Assembly (NCBI RefSeq): GCF_006345805.1
Contig: NW_021831286.1
Location: forward strand, 310,001 to 374,000
Direction of reading: 5' to 3'
Origin: Octopus sinensis
Lineage: Eukaryota
Length of the DNA stretch: 64,000 nucleotides
Numbering within the stretch: position 1 is the stretch's first letter; the number at the start of each line of letters is the position of its first letter. Shown here piece by piece: positions 34,401 to 47,372 of the stretch. A program made the translations under genes and the position numbers. The notes under the pieces are model-generated. The model saw nothing but the letters and a program-made list of their open reading frames with translations, did not search any database and was not told the origin of the DNA.

Positions 34401-37400
34401 AATTATTTACCACAAGATGAATCCTTTTCAGTATTTGATGTATATAATGTTAGGCTCCCCCGTTGAGATTGTGTATCCTTGGCGCTCATGGAAGTGGCAA
34501 AACAGAATTGGGGAAGTACATTGCCGAAAAAAACAATCTCTTTTTCATTTCATTTCGAGATCGTCTCCAAGAAATGATAATTTCCAAGACTCGTCGGATT
34601 GTCGGCGAGCCATATTTCGAGCCTCCCGAAGAAACAAACGAAGGGTTGGGGTTAAACCAAATTAAATCTTTAGGAATGAGTATGTCATCAAAAACGATAG
34701 ACTTGTACACAAAAAAACGATTTTGTTAGCTTCATAAAATAAACTTAGTTTGTCTGATCTGAAAGAAAAATTCGAGAATGAAGAATACGACTGGTTAAAA
34801 GACAGCATCCCGGATTTGATAGAAAAATATGAAATGGAGGAAGATGATATCAAGGAGGTTGACGTGGAATCTTCATTTGGATAGAAATACACCAACAAAC
34901 CAGATTTCAATGAAAAAGAAGAAGCCATTGTAGCTTACCTTGAACACGGATCGCCACTGCCAAACGAAATTCTAGAGGAAATAATATCAGAATGGTGGAA
35001 TAACGAGCCTTTTCGGTTTAACTGATTGTAAATTCAATTAATAGATCTGAAGGATTTGTCCTTGAGGGATTTCCAAGGACTTTGGAAGACACAAGATTTT
35101 TATTAGAAAATAAATACTTTCCTGACGCCTTCGTAGTTTTGAATGTGGACCAACAAGTGACCCTAAGGCGGCAGTTGCATTTGCGAATGAGCAGCTGGGA
35201 AAAACGTGACGAAATTTTGAAAAATAGAATTGAAGCAAAAAAAGAAATGAACGCAGTAGAGAGAGTAAAGCTATTTTCGAAGAAAATTTAGGAACTCAAA
35301 ATGTACCAACGTCGTTTGATTTTGATTTCAGAAAAAAAAGAACGAGAACTCAAAGAAAAGGTTGATTTAGATTATTAACTCGCATCAGGAAGACGAATTG
35401 AGCGACAGGGACGAGGAAATTAGCATTTCTGAGGAAGAGTCCGTAGGTGAAGAAGCCGACGATATTGAAGCACAATTGGCTGAGGAATTCGAAGACGTGG
35501 AACTTGACGAAACCAGAGAAAATATTGAAGATGCTCGAGAACGAATAGAAAACGAATACGCTGAAGTATATGATGACGATGTAAACAGTCTATCGAATGT
35601 CTTGGTATTGGTTAATTGTAATCAGTGAATTAGGACGTTTCAAACGAGTTCTTGCTCCCAAAACTAGAACTTAATGCTAACAAACGTACAAAAATACTGA
35701 TCAGAATCGTTGATAAACTACTGGAACCTTATCAAAAGCCACGGAATATTTTCGAAAGGACGTATAGTATTACCCACAGTTTGGCAAAAGATTTGCTTGA
35801 CGTTGGTCAAAAGTTTTACAGTCACTTTAAAAAATGGTGTCCTGTTTATGTTAGTGATGGTTGTCTGAATTTAGATTTATGAAAATCAAGATACCCTGAG
35901 ACGCGAAAATAAAATTCCAGTGATATATCGGAATTTTGTATATTTTTTGTCAGATGAAAATTCGTTGAACAAATTTAATCACAATCCTCAGAAATATTTG
36001 AATTGCTCATCTCCCAAGACAACTGTACCACTGAAAATTGCAATTTTCGGACCTCCTCAAAGTGGAAAGTCCACTGGTTTTATAGACTCAAAAACGTTTA
36101 GTTGCCAGAAAACTTTGTCAGAATTTTGGGTTTTTGAGGGTTTCTGCAAATGAAGCTTTGAATTTTGTTTTGAAAACTCAGCCATTTACAGACTTGGCGA
36201 CAAAAATTGATGAAACATTAAGAAAAGGGTTCGTTGTGCCAGACTTTTTGGTATGTGAAGCAATCAGTGTTTTTATCATGACTCCCGAAGCTAAAATCAA
36301 TGGGTACAAACTTGTTATAATTTAGTTTTGTATTTGACGGATATCCTTTGACAAGGGCACAACATGACTTGTTAGAAAACCGAGGAATCCGTCTGGGGTG
36401 TGTTATTAACCTTGTGGTGAGTACAAAAAAGATTATGCTTCGTGGTCTCTATTCTAGGTTTTCTTCAGAAAGGTTGGTCAATCCATATTTATTATAACTT
36501 AAGGAAGACTCCACTACATGACAGTGCTTTAAGCTTATCTCTCCGATTAGAGAAGTGGAAAGAACAAAGCAAAGAAATTTATGACATTTATACTCAGCAA
36601 TATGCCAACCTAGTGACTATCAATGGACAAAAATCAAAATGGTGGGTGTGGGAAAATTCACGAAAAGCAGTCATCGAGAAAATGAAAAATATTAAAGACT
36701 ATAGCGAAAGAATATATAAAAGTTAATATTTCCAGGATTTATGTTAAGAACAAGCCGCCCCACTCTTTGACCTTTCAATAACTCCACGGGAATTTGATGA
36801 AAGATTGACAGAACTGCGAGAATTCTGTCCTGTGAGCCTGGTTGATGATCAGGAATTTGTTGATTGTTCCGAATACCGTAAACTTGATTTTGCAGCTGAA
36901 TATAGAGGTTCAGAGTGTTAAAAAATAGTAGCCCGATATTATAAGACCGCTTCTGCTAATTGCCTTGAAAAATTTTTGCAAAACCCAGAAAAATATATAG
37001 AATTGGCCAAACTTCCAGAAAAAGATTTTATCCCCCAAAAAATTGACTCTTGTAATCTCAGTTTCCCCCAGGACTATGAATTTGGTGGATATTGTTTGGT
37101 GTCGTTTTGCAGGGGTGATATGAGGTAATATGAGGAAATTAATATTTTAGTTATGAGGCACTTGTGGAGGGAGAAACGTCTATTTCTTGCAAATATCGAG
37201 GAAAGTATTATTGTTTCACTTCCAGAGACACCCAGGACGAATTTTTGAGGTTATTATATTCATTTATAATAGAAAACCCGAGAAATTCTTTTCTTTGACA
37301 TTGCCTAATAAATTGCCACCAAGAAAAGTGACGATTGACATTAATCAATTGCCAATTCTCGGATATTTGGAACAAAGTTTCGCAAGTATCATAATCAAGG

Positions 37401-37731
37401 CACTTTCATTTGTGGGAGCCAAAAAACCGAAATATCCATTTGTCTCTCCTCAAAGATCGGCTTGTGTTTTATTGGCCTACTACCTCAAGGGTAGAATAAT
37501 GGTTGCTATATTTTAGCTCACAATTCTAAATCAACACCTTTTTTAAAGTCTAAGTACGCACAAAAATTAGAGGACTTTGACAAAAGTTGTGAACTGATCG
37601 CATACCTCGGAGATAATATGAACTTTCGAACTTTTGAGCCCGAATATCGTCCCCCGGGGTTCGAAAAGAAATTTGATAATTTCTTTGAAATCAAAAACAG
37701 CGACATTTCGATCGACTATTGGCTCAAATAG
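31436..37731 (+). CDS. AK9: Adenylate kinase 9 (multi-AK-domain ciliary protein)
   Basis: KPTCIVVFGKPGSGKTT, WRRSRYGVYCPVSL, GPPCSGKTT, FGELKHFCP, GAHGSGKT, GPPQSGKST, KYPFVSPQRSACVLLAYYLK; many 23-32 nt introns. Confidence 0.95.
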
Positions 37732-37996
37732 CACTTAATTAGCATACTAACTGCAATTAAAATTTAATTAATCTTGCTACATTTAATTAATTCTACGTCA
37801 ATACTAAAGGAACTGACTTAATGATTTCAATACATTTATTGGTAACAAATATCGACTTTAATTCTACACAGAGAATTAACACAAAATCATTTTAATACTA
37901 CAACTAAATAAAGTATTCCATCATGTCGATACCCCTCTATATAAAATAACAAATTTAAAAAAGAAACAAAAAAATCAAAAAACCAAGACTTAACAT

Positions 37997-39479
37997 TCAC
38001 ATATCAACCATTTGCCTTTTGGGTGAACTCTCAGTCTTCTCTTCTTCATCAGTTGAATTCAATTCATCGTCCTTATTGACATCCGCCGAGGGAGAACCAT
38101 TCCCATTTGACTCGCAGGTAAAAACAGGAGCCACCAGCGTAGGCAATGACTTGAAATATGACAAGTCTTTAAATAGAACAAGAGAACAGGTCATATTATC
38201 ACACCCAGTCCCATCACCGTTCGTATTCTCGGCCAACACAGTTCCAAACAACTACAAAATACAAACAAAAAAACTGACATCACTGCAAATATCAGGAAGT
38301 GACTCCGAATCAGACATATTCCGCAAACGGTAACGAACATAGTCAATGGTTTGTTCACTGCTGAGGGAATTCCAAATTCCGTCGGTGGCAGCGACCATAA
38401 ACTCGTCGTCTTCCGTCAACGAAATATCACGGACGTCAGGGAGAGAAGTAATGGCTTGTTCTTCCAACGTCAAATCACTTTTTTGTTTATATCTCCAATC
38501 ACCTAAAAATCCCCAAAACTAAAATCACCAAGAGCACGAGACAAATTCAAACCATTGTCGACACGGCCAAACGAAATCACGGAACCGGCTTTGGATATTC
38601 TGGCCGACTCAGATTCATCCTCCGGTTTGTGGTCCTCCGTCATTGGGAGACACTTTCCTCCGCGACAAATCACACACCGCGAATCTCCCGCGTTCGCCAC
38701 AACCAGTCGATCACGGAATAACAAAGCAACCACCGCGGTTGTCCCACAGTCAAAAGCAGGCTAATTCCGTTAAATACAATCCTCACGTGGGTGTCCTCGT
38801 CGTTTTCTATAACGACAGAATCTTCCAATCCTTCTTCCTCTTCACTCTCCTCTTCGGAAGTGGCAGAAGACTCCTCCTCGAGGTCCTCCATCGACACTTC
38901 CTCGTCGTCTTCACTCTCCCCTTCTTTCAAAAACTGTTCCCAGTCGACTCCACTCGATTTAACCGTGTCTCTGAGTTTATAATCCTTGATAATCTGATCC
39001 AAAGGCATGTCTGCTTCCTTGAGGAGTGCATCAATGTCTGGAATATTATTTTGACTGGAAACCTTCGTCCTCGTCACTTGCGAGTGTAAAACTGCCTTCT
39101 TTTTGAGGGACTCTGAATTCTAGGAGCTCTTCCTTGCCTTTATCGGAATTCAAAAAGCGGTCAAATTCGAGGAAGGTCTCTTCTAGTGACTTGGAATACT
39201 TTCCGAGTTTAAAGTTAGGGTTTTCTAAGAGCATGTCAGGGAAATTTCTGCTGGACAAATGTGAGACCTCGGGACCTTAAATAGAATTAGTTGGATACCT
39301 CCATGGCCATCGAAAATGCAAAATAGTGAACATTGGGGTGTATAGTCGGGAATTGTTCGATAACAGTCTTCTTGACCTTTCCGCCATCCCTGGACTGAAC
39401 ATGAACAGTAGTTGTATGAGGTTGCGGTTCCCTCGACTTTAGATATTTCCATTATTGGCTTAGAATTGTATATTCCCAT
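37997..39479 (-). CDS. PPM1G: PP2C-family phosphatase with acidic insert (PPM1G-like)
   Basis: MG start, [15 protein letters not shown], an Asp/Glu-rich insert, [27 protein letters not shown]|GDWRY, ATDGIWN, GCDNMT. Confidence 0.93.
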
Positions 39480-40169
39480 GCTTGTTTATTCGACAACGAA
39501 ACACTAACTGAGAACAATGCTATTATTCACAATTTAATATTATTAAAACAAATATTATTTTATATATTATTATTTTAAGTTTTTTTAGAAAACTATATAT
39601 TTGAGTCCTCAAATTGTGAATAAAGTCTAGACGAATTCAGATTTACTTTATTTTTAAAGCATTTGGTATTTTATGTATTCCAATAGAAACACAGATTGTT
39701 CATTAAAATGTTTTTACACCAATTTTGAATAGTGAAAAATAAAATAAATATTATTTTTGACATTTTTAATCGTTATTTGTCTAAACTAGTGACAATCTTT
39801 ATTAATCAAATTCTTTTACATAATGAAAACAAGCGAGTTATAAATTACCTATTAATGTCTCTTTGTCAAGATATGTCAGCAATTAAGTTACTTATCAGTT
39901 TTAAAAATTGCTTGAATTAAATTACATCATATATTCAACACTTTAACTATTTTGTTATTCGATTACATTCTGAATATTATTCAATATACATTATTTAGAA
40001 GAATTTAAGATATACTCTATTTTTTTGTTTTTTGATAAAACATCTGATTCTTAGAATAAAATTGTTTTCCAACTAAAAAATAGAATTTCAGAATTGAAAA
40101 AGCAATAAGTTTTCTAAAGTGTGTTTTCCAATCATATGGTCAGCAACTCTCGTGCTTATCAATCCAAAA

Positions 40170-40640
40170 AATGAAATTGTTATTTAGAACTTTTTTAGCT
40201 AAAGAGTTCGCTGAGATGTTGAATATTCCAAAGTAAAGACTGTTTTATTCTGCATTTGGCCATCCAGCCCAAAAATTGTGAGACTGTTTTTGTTTATTAA
40301 TACCTCTATAAACTCTAGAGTTTCTTATTTTTTAGATTTTTATTTAAAATCTCCAAAATCCATCTATTTAACCCAAGAATCACCAACTGTTAATTAGGGT
40401 AATTAATTAGGTGATTCCAACAATCCTCAAAATCTTTCTCAGCTTTCCCGATGTTGGACTCTGGACCCAACGTAAGTGGGGGACGGGGGGGAGCAGTTTT
40501 TTGAGGAATTGAATCGGGGTGATGTGCTTCTGGTTGTTAAAATCTTTTGGCAGGTGGTCTTGTTGGATGGCTAAGAAACCCTTTCCATCTTTCTTAATAA
40601 GAGTATCTGAAATTATATTATTTATTTTGATATAATCTGA
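40170..40640 (-). CDS. Probable intron-split gene, weak resemblance to mitochondrial uL30
   Basis: Open exon KKDGKGFLAIQQDHLP...LRWVQSPTSGKLRKILR, with downstream pieces ILGLNR and LLWNIQHL. The model is incomplete. Confidence 0.25.
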
Positions 40641-41218
40641 ATTAAGCATTTAAAATATCACTGATACTTTCTTTTATCGCATCAAAAACAAACCAGTTAA
40701 AAGTTTTCGATATATCGATTTCATTATTGATTACAGAATTAGAATATATAAAACAGGTCAATAATTGAACTTTAAGCTGTAAATAAAATATATTTGTATA
40801 CTTTAACACTTATCTGGATGAATTTTAGTTCGCCGATGGAGAAAAGTGCTGATTAAAAACTTTATAAAAATGGAAATGAGTTAGATTATAAGAAAATGAA
40901 CTTTAACTGGTTCTTTTCTGATCTAAACAAATTTAAAACTATCTGTTATTTTATGGTCGTCACACAAAAGTATATAAATTGACCTTTGTTGGTTTAACTG
41001 ATAAAAACCAGGAAAATTAATAATCTATAATCAAATGACAAATCCAAAATTAGAAAAGCTTGTCTCGACACGATTCCTAAATTAAACACCTTAATCAATT
41101 ATTCTAAGAATTTTTAAACACGAATATTATAATAAATTTTATCGACTATATATTTGCATCAACGGCTATTAGAACCCGATTGTTCTGCTAATATTGGATA
41201 ACTTTGCGCTTTCCTTTG

Positions 41219-42095
41219 ATGGATCCTTCGACGGGACGTTTGTTGACTCAAAAATACAATTTAAAGAATTTCCAACTTCTTCCCATTTCTGTCGTGATAA
41301 TATTCCCCATCGTTACGATTTCGGGCCTTATTTCGGCTATCAAGAACCACAAACTGAAGGACAACGTCGATTACATCAGGTTTGTCGAATTTGTAGAATT
41401 ATTTCTAGTGCTATTGTAGAACTTGACCCAACAAACAAGTACTATCCACTCTTCTCAAATGTCGTCGCATTATTGTGTAGTTATTATATTTATACATTTA
41501 AGCCTTTTTCGTGTTCTACTTTCGATATTCCTATTTTATTTGCAATTCAAAAGAAATCAAAAAAAAGTTGCTTTTTCTCAACTTTGTGTCGGTGTTTCTG
41601 GGGTATGGAATTGGTTTAGGAGGATTTATTGTAGCAAATGTTGAGGTAGGCACAATCTTTATATTTTCCTAGAAGTCGAAAATAAAGTGGCTCCATTATC
41701 TTGGTGCTGGAATATACATGACTTGTCAATCTGCATACACTGCGATTATCACTTACCTCAGCGTGGCCGTCAATCAACATTATATTGTTGTCGCTGTCCG
41801 TGCCCTGACTTTTATTATTTCCTCAGTTTGTTCTATAATGGGTATTCACTTTGTTATGTAATCTTGATTTAGCATTGATCGGCTGCCTTCCTCTGTTCCA
41901 GGATAGGAATATAGTTGGCTATCAATTTATATTTTTTAGAGTGAGATAGTTATATACTATGGGGCAATCTGCGAGTGGGTCGGCGTATTTGTCATGATTG
42001 CAATGTTTGGAACATTAATACCCGAATTTGCCACATTGCGGATTAGCGTTCTTTTTAATATTGACGATAATCCCAACTTACCTGACAATTTATAA
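41219..42095 (+). CDS. DRAM/TMEM150 (Frag1/DRAM/Sfk1) multi-pass membrane protein
   Basis: Spliced frame gives about 6 TM segments with DYIS...FYFRY, HYLGAG and ICEW motifs typical of the family. Confidence 0.8.
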
Positions 42096-42799
42096 ATATA
42101 GACGAGTTTATTCATTTTATTTCTTTCTTTCAAACAAAATTAGTTTAATTTCCCAACGGATTACTTTATAAATACTTTTCATTCAGATAATCAATTAAAA
42201 AATAGAAATCAATACATAAATGACCATTTACAACCCCAGTATGACATTAAGCTATTTACTATCTGTGATGAAAAATAACTCTTTCTCGATCGTGTCAGCC
42301 TCTCGTTCGGCTAACTAGACACAGACGAATAGATTAACATAAAAACCGCACTTTTCGCAAAACCATAGTATTTTATAGCTCCGCACATGCAGAACACACA
42401 CTTTATTTTAAGTAGAGTTTTATTTTTAGCTAATCGTAGGTAGGGCCAGGGAAAGATCTTTACTTGTTTTTTTCTTTTCTTGTGTGTGAGTCCAGGATGG
42501 ACAATTCAGATTAACATAATTGATTTAAAAATAATTTAGACACTCGACCTTGGGTCATTTTTGGTCCTTAAAAATTTTATGGTTGATTAAATTTTTATTT
42601 TTTTAAAATTCGCATTAAAAATTGGGCAATTAATAGGATTTTTCCAAGAAAAATTTTCAAAATGCGGTTAATTTCTAAATTAGCTAATTTATAAATTTAC
42701 GGGGGTCAAGTATATATATTTTCCAGGAGAAAAATTGTGCCGGAATCTCTAGTTCATAGGCGATAAAGTCAAACGAATGTATTTAGAGTTTCTTAGGAA

Positions 42800-43400
42800 C
42801 CTTAAAAAGAAAAAAGCAGATGGCCACTATTGTAGATTTTGTCTTTCTTAAATACAATATTGGAAATGCAAAAAATGGAAACTAAATGAGATTGTGCATC
42901 TGGTAGAAAAATTGTCAGTGTCTGAAAAATATCTACATAAACTTTGCCGATCTGCAGGGTGGCTGATAAACGGAAATAACTCTCCTTCAACTAAAGAAAT
43001 GTAGAAATGGGTTTTCCCACTTTCCCTGATCACATTACCAATGACAAATCCCCAATATGCAAAGAGGGTGACAAATGGAAGATGGAAATACCAAAATTTC
43101 CCCACTTCTCTTTAAATACGGAAGTCTGTAATAAATAATTTGGAAATATATGTTGATCGGCACAAACAATTCCTTCCCTTTTCATCTTCGTTCGATTAGC
43201 TAGTTGTGACTGTTTTTTTGTCCGATTGTCACAATGATGTGCAACTTGGGGCCTAATAAATAAAAGGATACCTACGAATCTGGATTGGAGATAGGTGACC
43301 AAAGACAACTCTGGCTTTTCTTGATCACTCTTGAGCACCGAGTCGGACGATACTTCGTCATCTTTTGTTACTTATGACATTAACATTACATTTCTTGTTT
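42800..43400 (-). CDS. Probable intron-split gene, unidentified
   Basis: Overlapping open frames and micro-intron candidates. No motif recognised. Confidence 0.2.
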
Positions 43401-43812
43401 CGCAAAGAAACGATTCACATCTATGACGTAAAAGGTAATGAAATAATTAGAAATAATTACCTGACTTTAAGAAACACAAGATATTTATTTAAAACAATAC
43501 ATAATAGTTAAAACAATTATTCGGTAAAAAAACGTTAGAGGGGTACACTAATTTGATTATATCACATAAAGAATTAGTGGGAATCTGAGTAGGCTAAATT
43601 AGATAATTAATGATAGAAGCTTTATTATTGGTCAAATAATAAATACCGCACTAAAAAGATTATCTCACGTGATACAGAATAGCGGACTTTTTGATTTTTT
43701 AACCAAAAAAGTCTTGTTTTAGAAACATGAGATTTTATTGGATCTTTCGGGAAAACCATTTAAAGAAAATCTCTGCTTAGCCACGAAATTAACCAAAAAA
43801 AATTTAGATATG

Positions 43813-45952
43813 TTAATAGTTCAAGTTAGAGTTATAATGTTTATACCGAATTCCGTCCCTGTTCACATCAAGAACAGGGCCATGTCGAGAATTAGGTTGA
43901 AAAAGAGAACGAAAAGTCTTAATTAATAATCAATATAGGGATACTTTTTTGCCTTTATAAACTTGAGTGTATACAAAGTATAAAGCATATGTAGGAATCG
44001 CAATCACACTGACTAAGAACATCCCCCACCCCAATCCTTCCGAAAAAGCTGGCATTGTTACACCATCATAAGCAAAAGGCTCATAAGTGACGGCAGCGAA
44101 TATAAAAATTGCCTGAAAGCAATTTAATTTGTAAAAATACAATTAGAATTAATGGCGATGTGACCGTCCACGTAAATTTCCAGTAATAATTTGGAACAGA
44201 TCCGCTCATCATGGTCATGTCCTTTGAAAACTCGTCAATTCCGTAAATCCAACACACAGTCATGACTTCACAAAAGGCAATAATAACTAAAGAAAGTCCC
44301 GCAGCCTTTTTATCCATTAGCGTAACCCAATAAACTCCTGCCTTGAGCATGAAATAGATATACCAACCTGACTGGCTTGAGGAAGTCCAAGAATGAACCA
44401 AAGAAGACATGAGACCAAAGTTGTTGTGACTTTCCAACGATTCAAAAACCCGATCGAGTCAAAAATAATCGATAGAAAAGTTTCGTGCATTGCAAACTAG
44501 GAATGATAAACACGTCATACCTGACTATCCAACCCGACAGCGATGATCATGAGAAATAGCAGACATGACCAAAAAGGGGCGACAGGCAAAGTTACTAAAA
44601 CTTCTGGATACACAACAAATATCAGTCCTGCCCCTGCAAATAAAACAAACGGGGTGACCATCTGCAACAACTTTATCAACAGGAAGTCCAGTTTTATAGC
44701 TTAAATAACCAATGATAGAAAACACAGCGAAACCAGCGTATATACTTGTGCCGCAGTTAATCAGAGCACACATCACGGCGTCTCTGCATTAACAAAGCTT
44801 GAACAAACCTGCTGAACTTGTTTTCAAAGTTGTTATATGATGCATAAAGCAGAAAAGACCCGAACCCGATTCCAAGGGAGTAGAATATTTGTGTGGCTGC
44901 AGCAATCCAAACTGAGCCATCCTTTAGTCTGGACCAGTCTGGTTTTATAAAATATGAAATTCCAGTAGAAGCCCCGGGTTGGAGAGCTGTTCTGATAAGA
45001 ATAATAGTTATTAAAATGTAAGGAAGTATTGCTGTAACATATATGACCTAGAAAATGAAATATTTCCGTACTTTTCCGGACGTCTTGATGCCCTTAGAAA
45101 GACAAACTGCCACCAAGGCCCAAGATATAGCCAATGCTATCACTAATTTTGGAACAAGTTTTCCTGTGGTTGCGATGCTGTCTGTTTGCATTAGAATTTG
45201 ATTTCTATAATGGAAATTGGTAAAAATAATTACTTCCAAAATTCTTCTGAAGGAGAAATTCCGCGATATGTCGAGCAGTTAAAACTCTTCCAAAGTGTCT
45301 CTAAATGTGCAGCTGAAAATGCGTTTTTTTTGCTCAAAAATGTTTCAATGGTTTTATTATCACATAAATAGTTCTTGTTGATTAATGCTATAAGATTATT
45401 TAGCAAAATTAAACAAATATTGCTTATTCCCAGTGAACTAATGTTGAGTTGGAGATTGATTGTTCTGTCTGTGCAGTTGGCTGTGTTCCAAGCATTTCCA
45501 CACGTGCTCCATGGAAGCTGAGATGTAAAAGATTCGTACAAGTACACAAAGGCCCAGGAAATGATTGTATTATAGTACATTGTAACCAATCCGGACATGA
45601 TCCCCATGGCATAGCCAATACCTACGTATATCAATCACAAATCGCATGCCTTTGAAAATTGGTACCATCGAAAAGGCATCCAAAGGTCTGGCAGAACTGA
45701 ACTGCCCAACACCAAATTCTAAATGGAACAACGGGATTCCCGCGAGTAATAAGAATATGAAATATGGGACCAAGAAGGCGCCCCCTCCATTCGCATATGC
45801 CAAATAAGGGAACCGCCATATATTTCCTAGTCCAACTGCGTATCCGACAACTGATAGGATGAACTGAATGTGATTTTCCCATGTTTCTACTATCACATAA
45901 AACAAAAAACATGTATACATGAAACTTTTTTTTCTGAGGATTTAGATTTCAT
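43813..45952 (-). CDS. SLC6 Na+/Cl- dependent amino-acid transporter (glycine/proline-like subgroup)
   Basis: GYAVGLGNIWRFPYL (Gly, not Asp, in TM1), LPWSTC..WNT, GIKTSGK|VIY, TQIFYSLG, YPEVLVTLP, GLDSQ|F; the spliced frame is open in the segments traced. Confidence 0.95.
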
Positions 45953-46249
45953 TTCGTTCTTCGTTCTTTCTAAATTAATTTATATTAAAATTCGAAAAAG
46001 TTCTAGGAATTTTATGAAAAACCGCAATGGAAAATTTTGATTTCTAATTCAAGAAGTTAATGTTCAATAATTAAACTTTTTGACTAATTTTACTGGTATT
46101 GTTAATTTATAGATTTTAAAGTACGGTTTAATAACGTAATTACATTTACCACCGTCACATTTATTAATAGATTTTTGTACCGTCATATTTGGCCTAATTT
46201 ATTTATATGTTTTTCCTTTTTTTATTGCTCATAACTTTTATTAACTTAA

Positions 46250-46600
46250 TTTTAATCTAAAACTACTTATGATCAAGAAGACGGTGACCCTCAGAATCGC
46301 AATGGAGATTCTTTGGAACAGCCATTGCTTTTTTAGAGGCTCTCTTCGTCTTCTGGAGATCAATTGCCAAATTCTTCCGACGTGTTCAAGGGATTTGTTG
46401 TTCATGGCTCAGGGTGTTTCTGTGGAATTTGGGTCAAGATCACCTAGAATATTTCAAGATTTTGTTCTCCAGTCTTCTTATCGGCTAAACCTGGACTAAT
46501 TCCGAGTCGAGTATATTCGTCCTCGAAAAAGTATCCGTGCACGTAGAGTTTCACGCGAGGTATTTCTCATTACTCCGCGGAAAAACGGCGACTCCATAAA
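46250..46600 (-). mobile_element. CRE-like retrotransposon C-terminal relic
   Basis: QWLFQRISIAILR motif. Confidence 0.55.
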
Positions 46601-47089
46601 AATAGATCTAAATTTTAATATTGAATTTCAAGAAATTTCTAAATTTCAAGAAATTTAAAGTATGTCGGCAATTAGGTTAGTGACACCGTAAAATATAAAA
46701 TTTAAACCGTAAAATTATGCGAGCTTAATCTTAAAAAATATTTTTAGATATAAAATGCTCTTGATTCGTTTATGAAAGAGAAAATAATTGCGCAATACGA
46801 CTTAAATATGTCCTATATTAAAATTTCTCAAGAAACCGGTTTTCCATATTCAACAGTTGTAAATTTTATCAAAAAGTAAATTCATCTTGAACTGCTTCTG
46901 AACTCTTAAATGAAATAAAAAAGTTTTTTTTGTTACACGTGTCTCTTCCTGAACCATAATACGACATTTAAATTAAAATTTTAACAGCATGGTTTCAAAC
47001 ACATGGTTATGCCTGGGTTTAAGGGTTAAGTCAGAAATATTAACGAATACAATCAAATTAAGGAAGCGTTAATCGGGATATTCCCGGAG

Positions 47090-47372
47090 GATATGAATTC
47101 CCGAAGCAAACACCGGTTGGCCAAAAAAGCTTCCAATTTGAAAGGGAAAATTGAAAAACTAGTAATTCCTTCGGACTGTCTGGCAGAGATGGAGACCAAT
47201 GCGCGTTCTCTACACTTGATGTCTCACGGAGGCGTCAACAAAATTGAATTTCTCTGTCGCCGGAATTACTTTATCGTGAAAAGTGAGGTCATAAGAAAAG
47301 TCATATCAAAGTGCGATGTCTGCAAGTTTTCCATCCACTTAAAGTTAAGTCTGCTTTAGTAATGGTTTAGAC
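47090..47372 (+). mobile_element. Ginger-like integrase relic, 5' part (interrupted by hAT insertions)
   Basis: H2C2 domain LHLMSHGGVNK...KCDVC; a 27-nt intron at 47344-47370; continues after 51202. Confidence 0.7.

Noticed and set aside
38555-39089. Plus-strand ORFs (148, 69 and 63 aa) over PPM1G
   Set aside because: Antisense shadows of the acidic, GC-richer coding region.
44525-44776. Apparent frameshift in SLC6 TM7-8 from the ORF track
   Set aside because: Removing a 25-nt intron restores GAGLIFVVYPEVLVTLP...GLDSQ in one frame.
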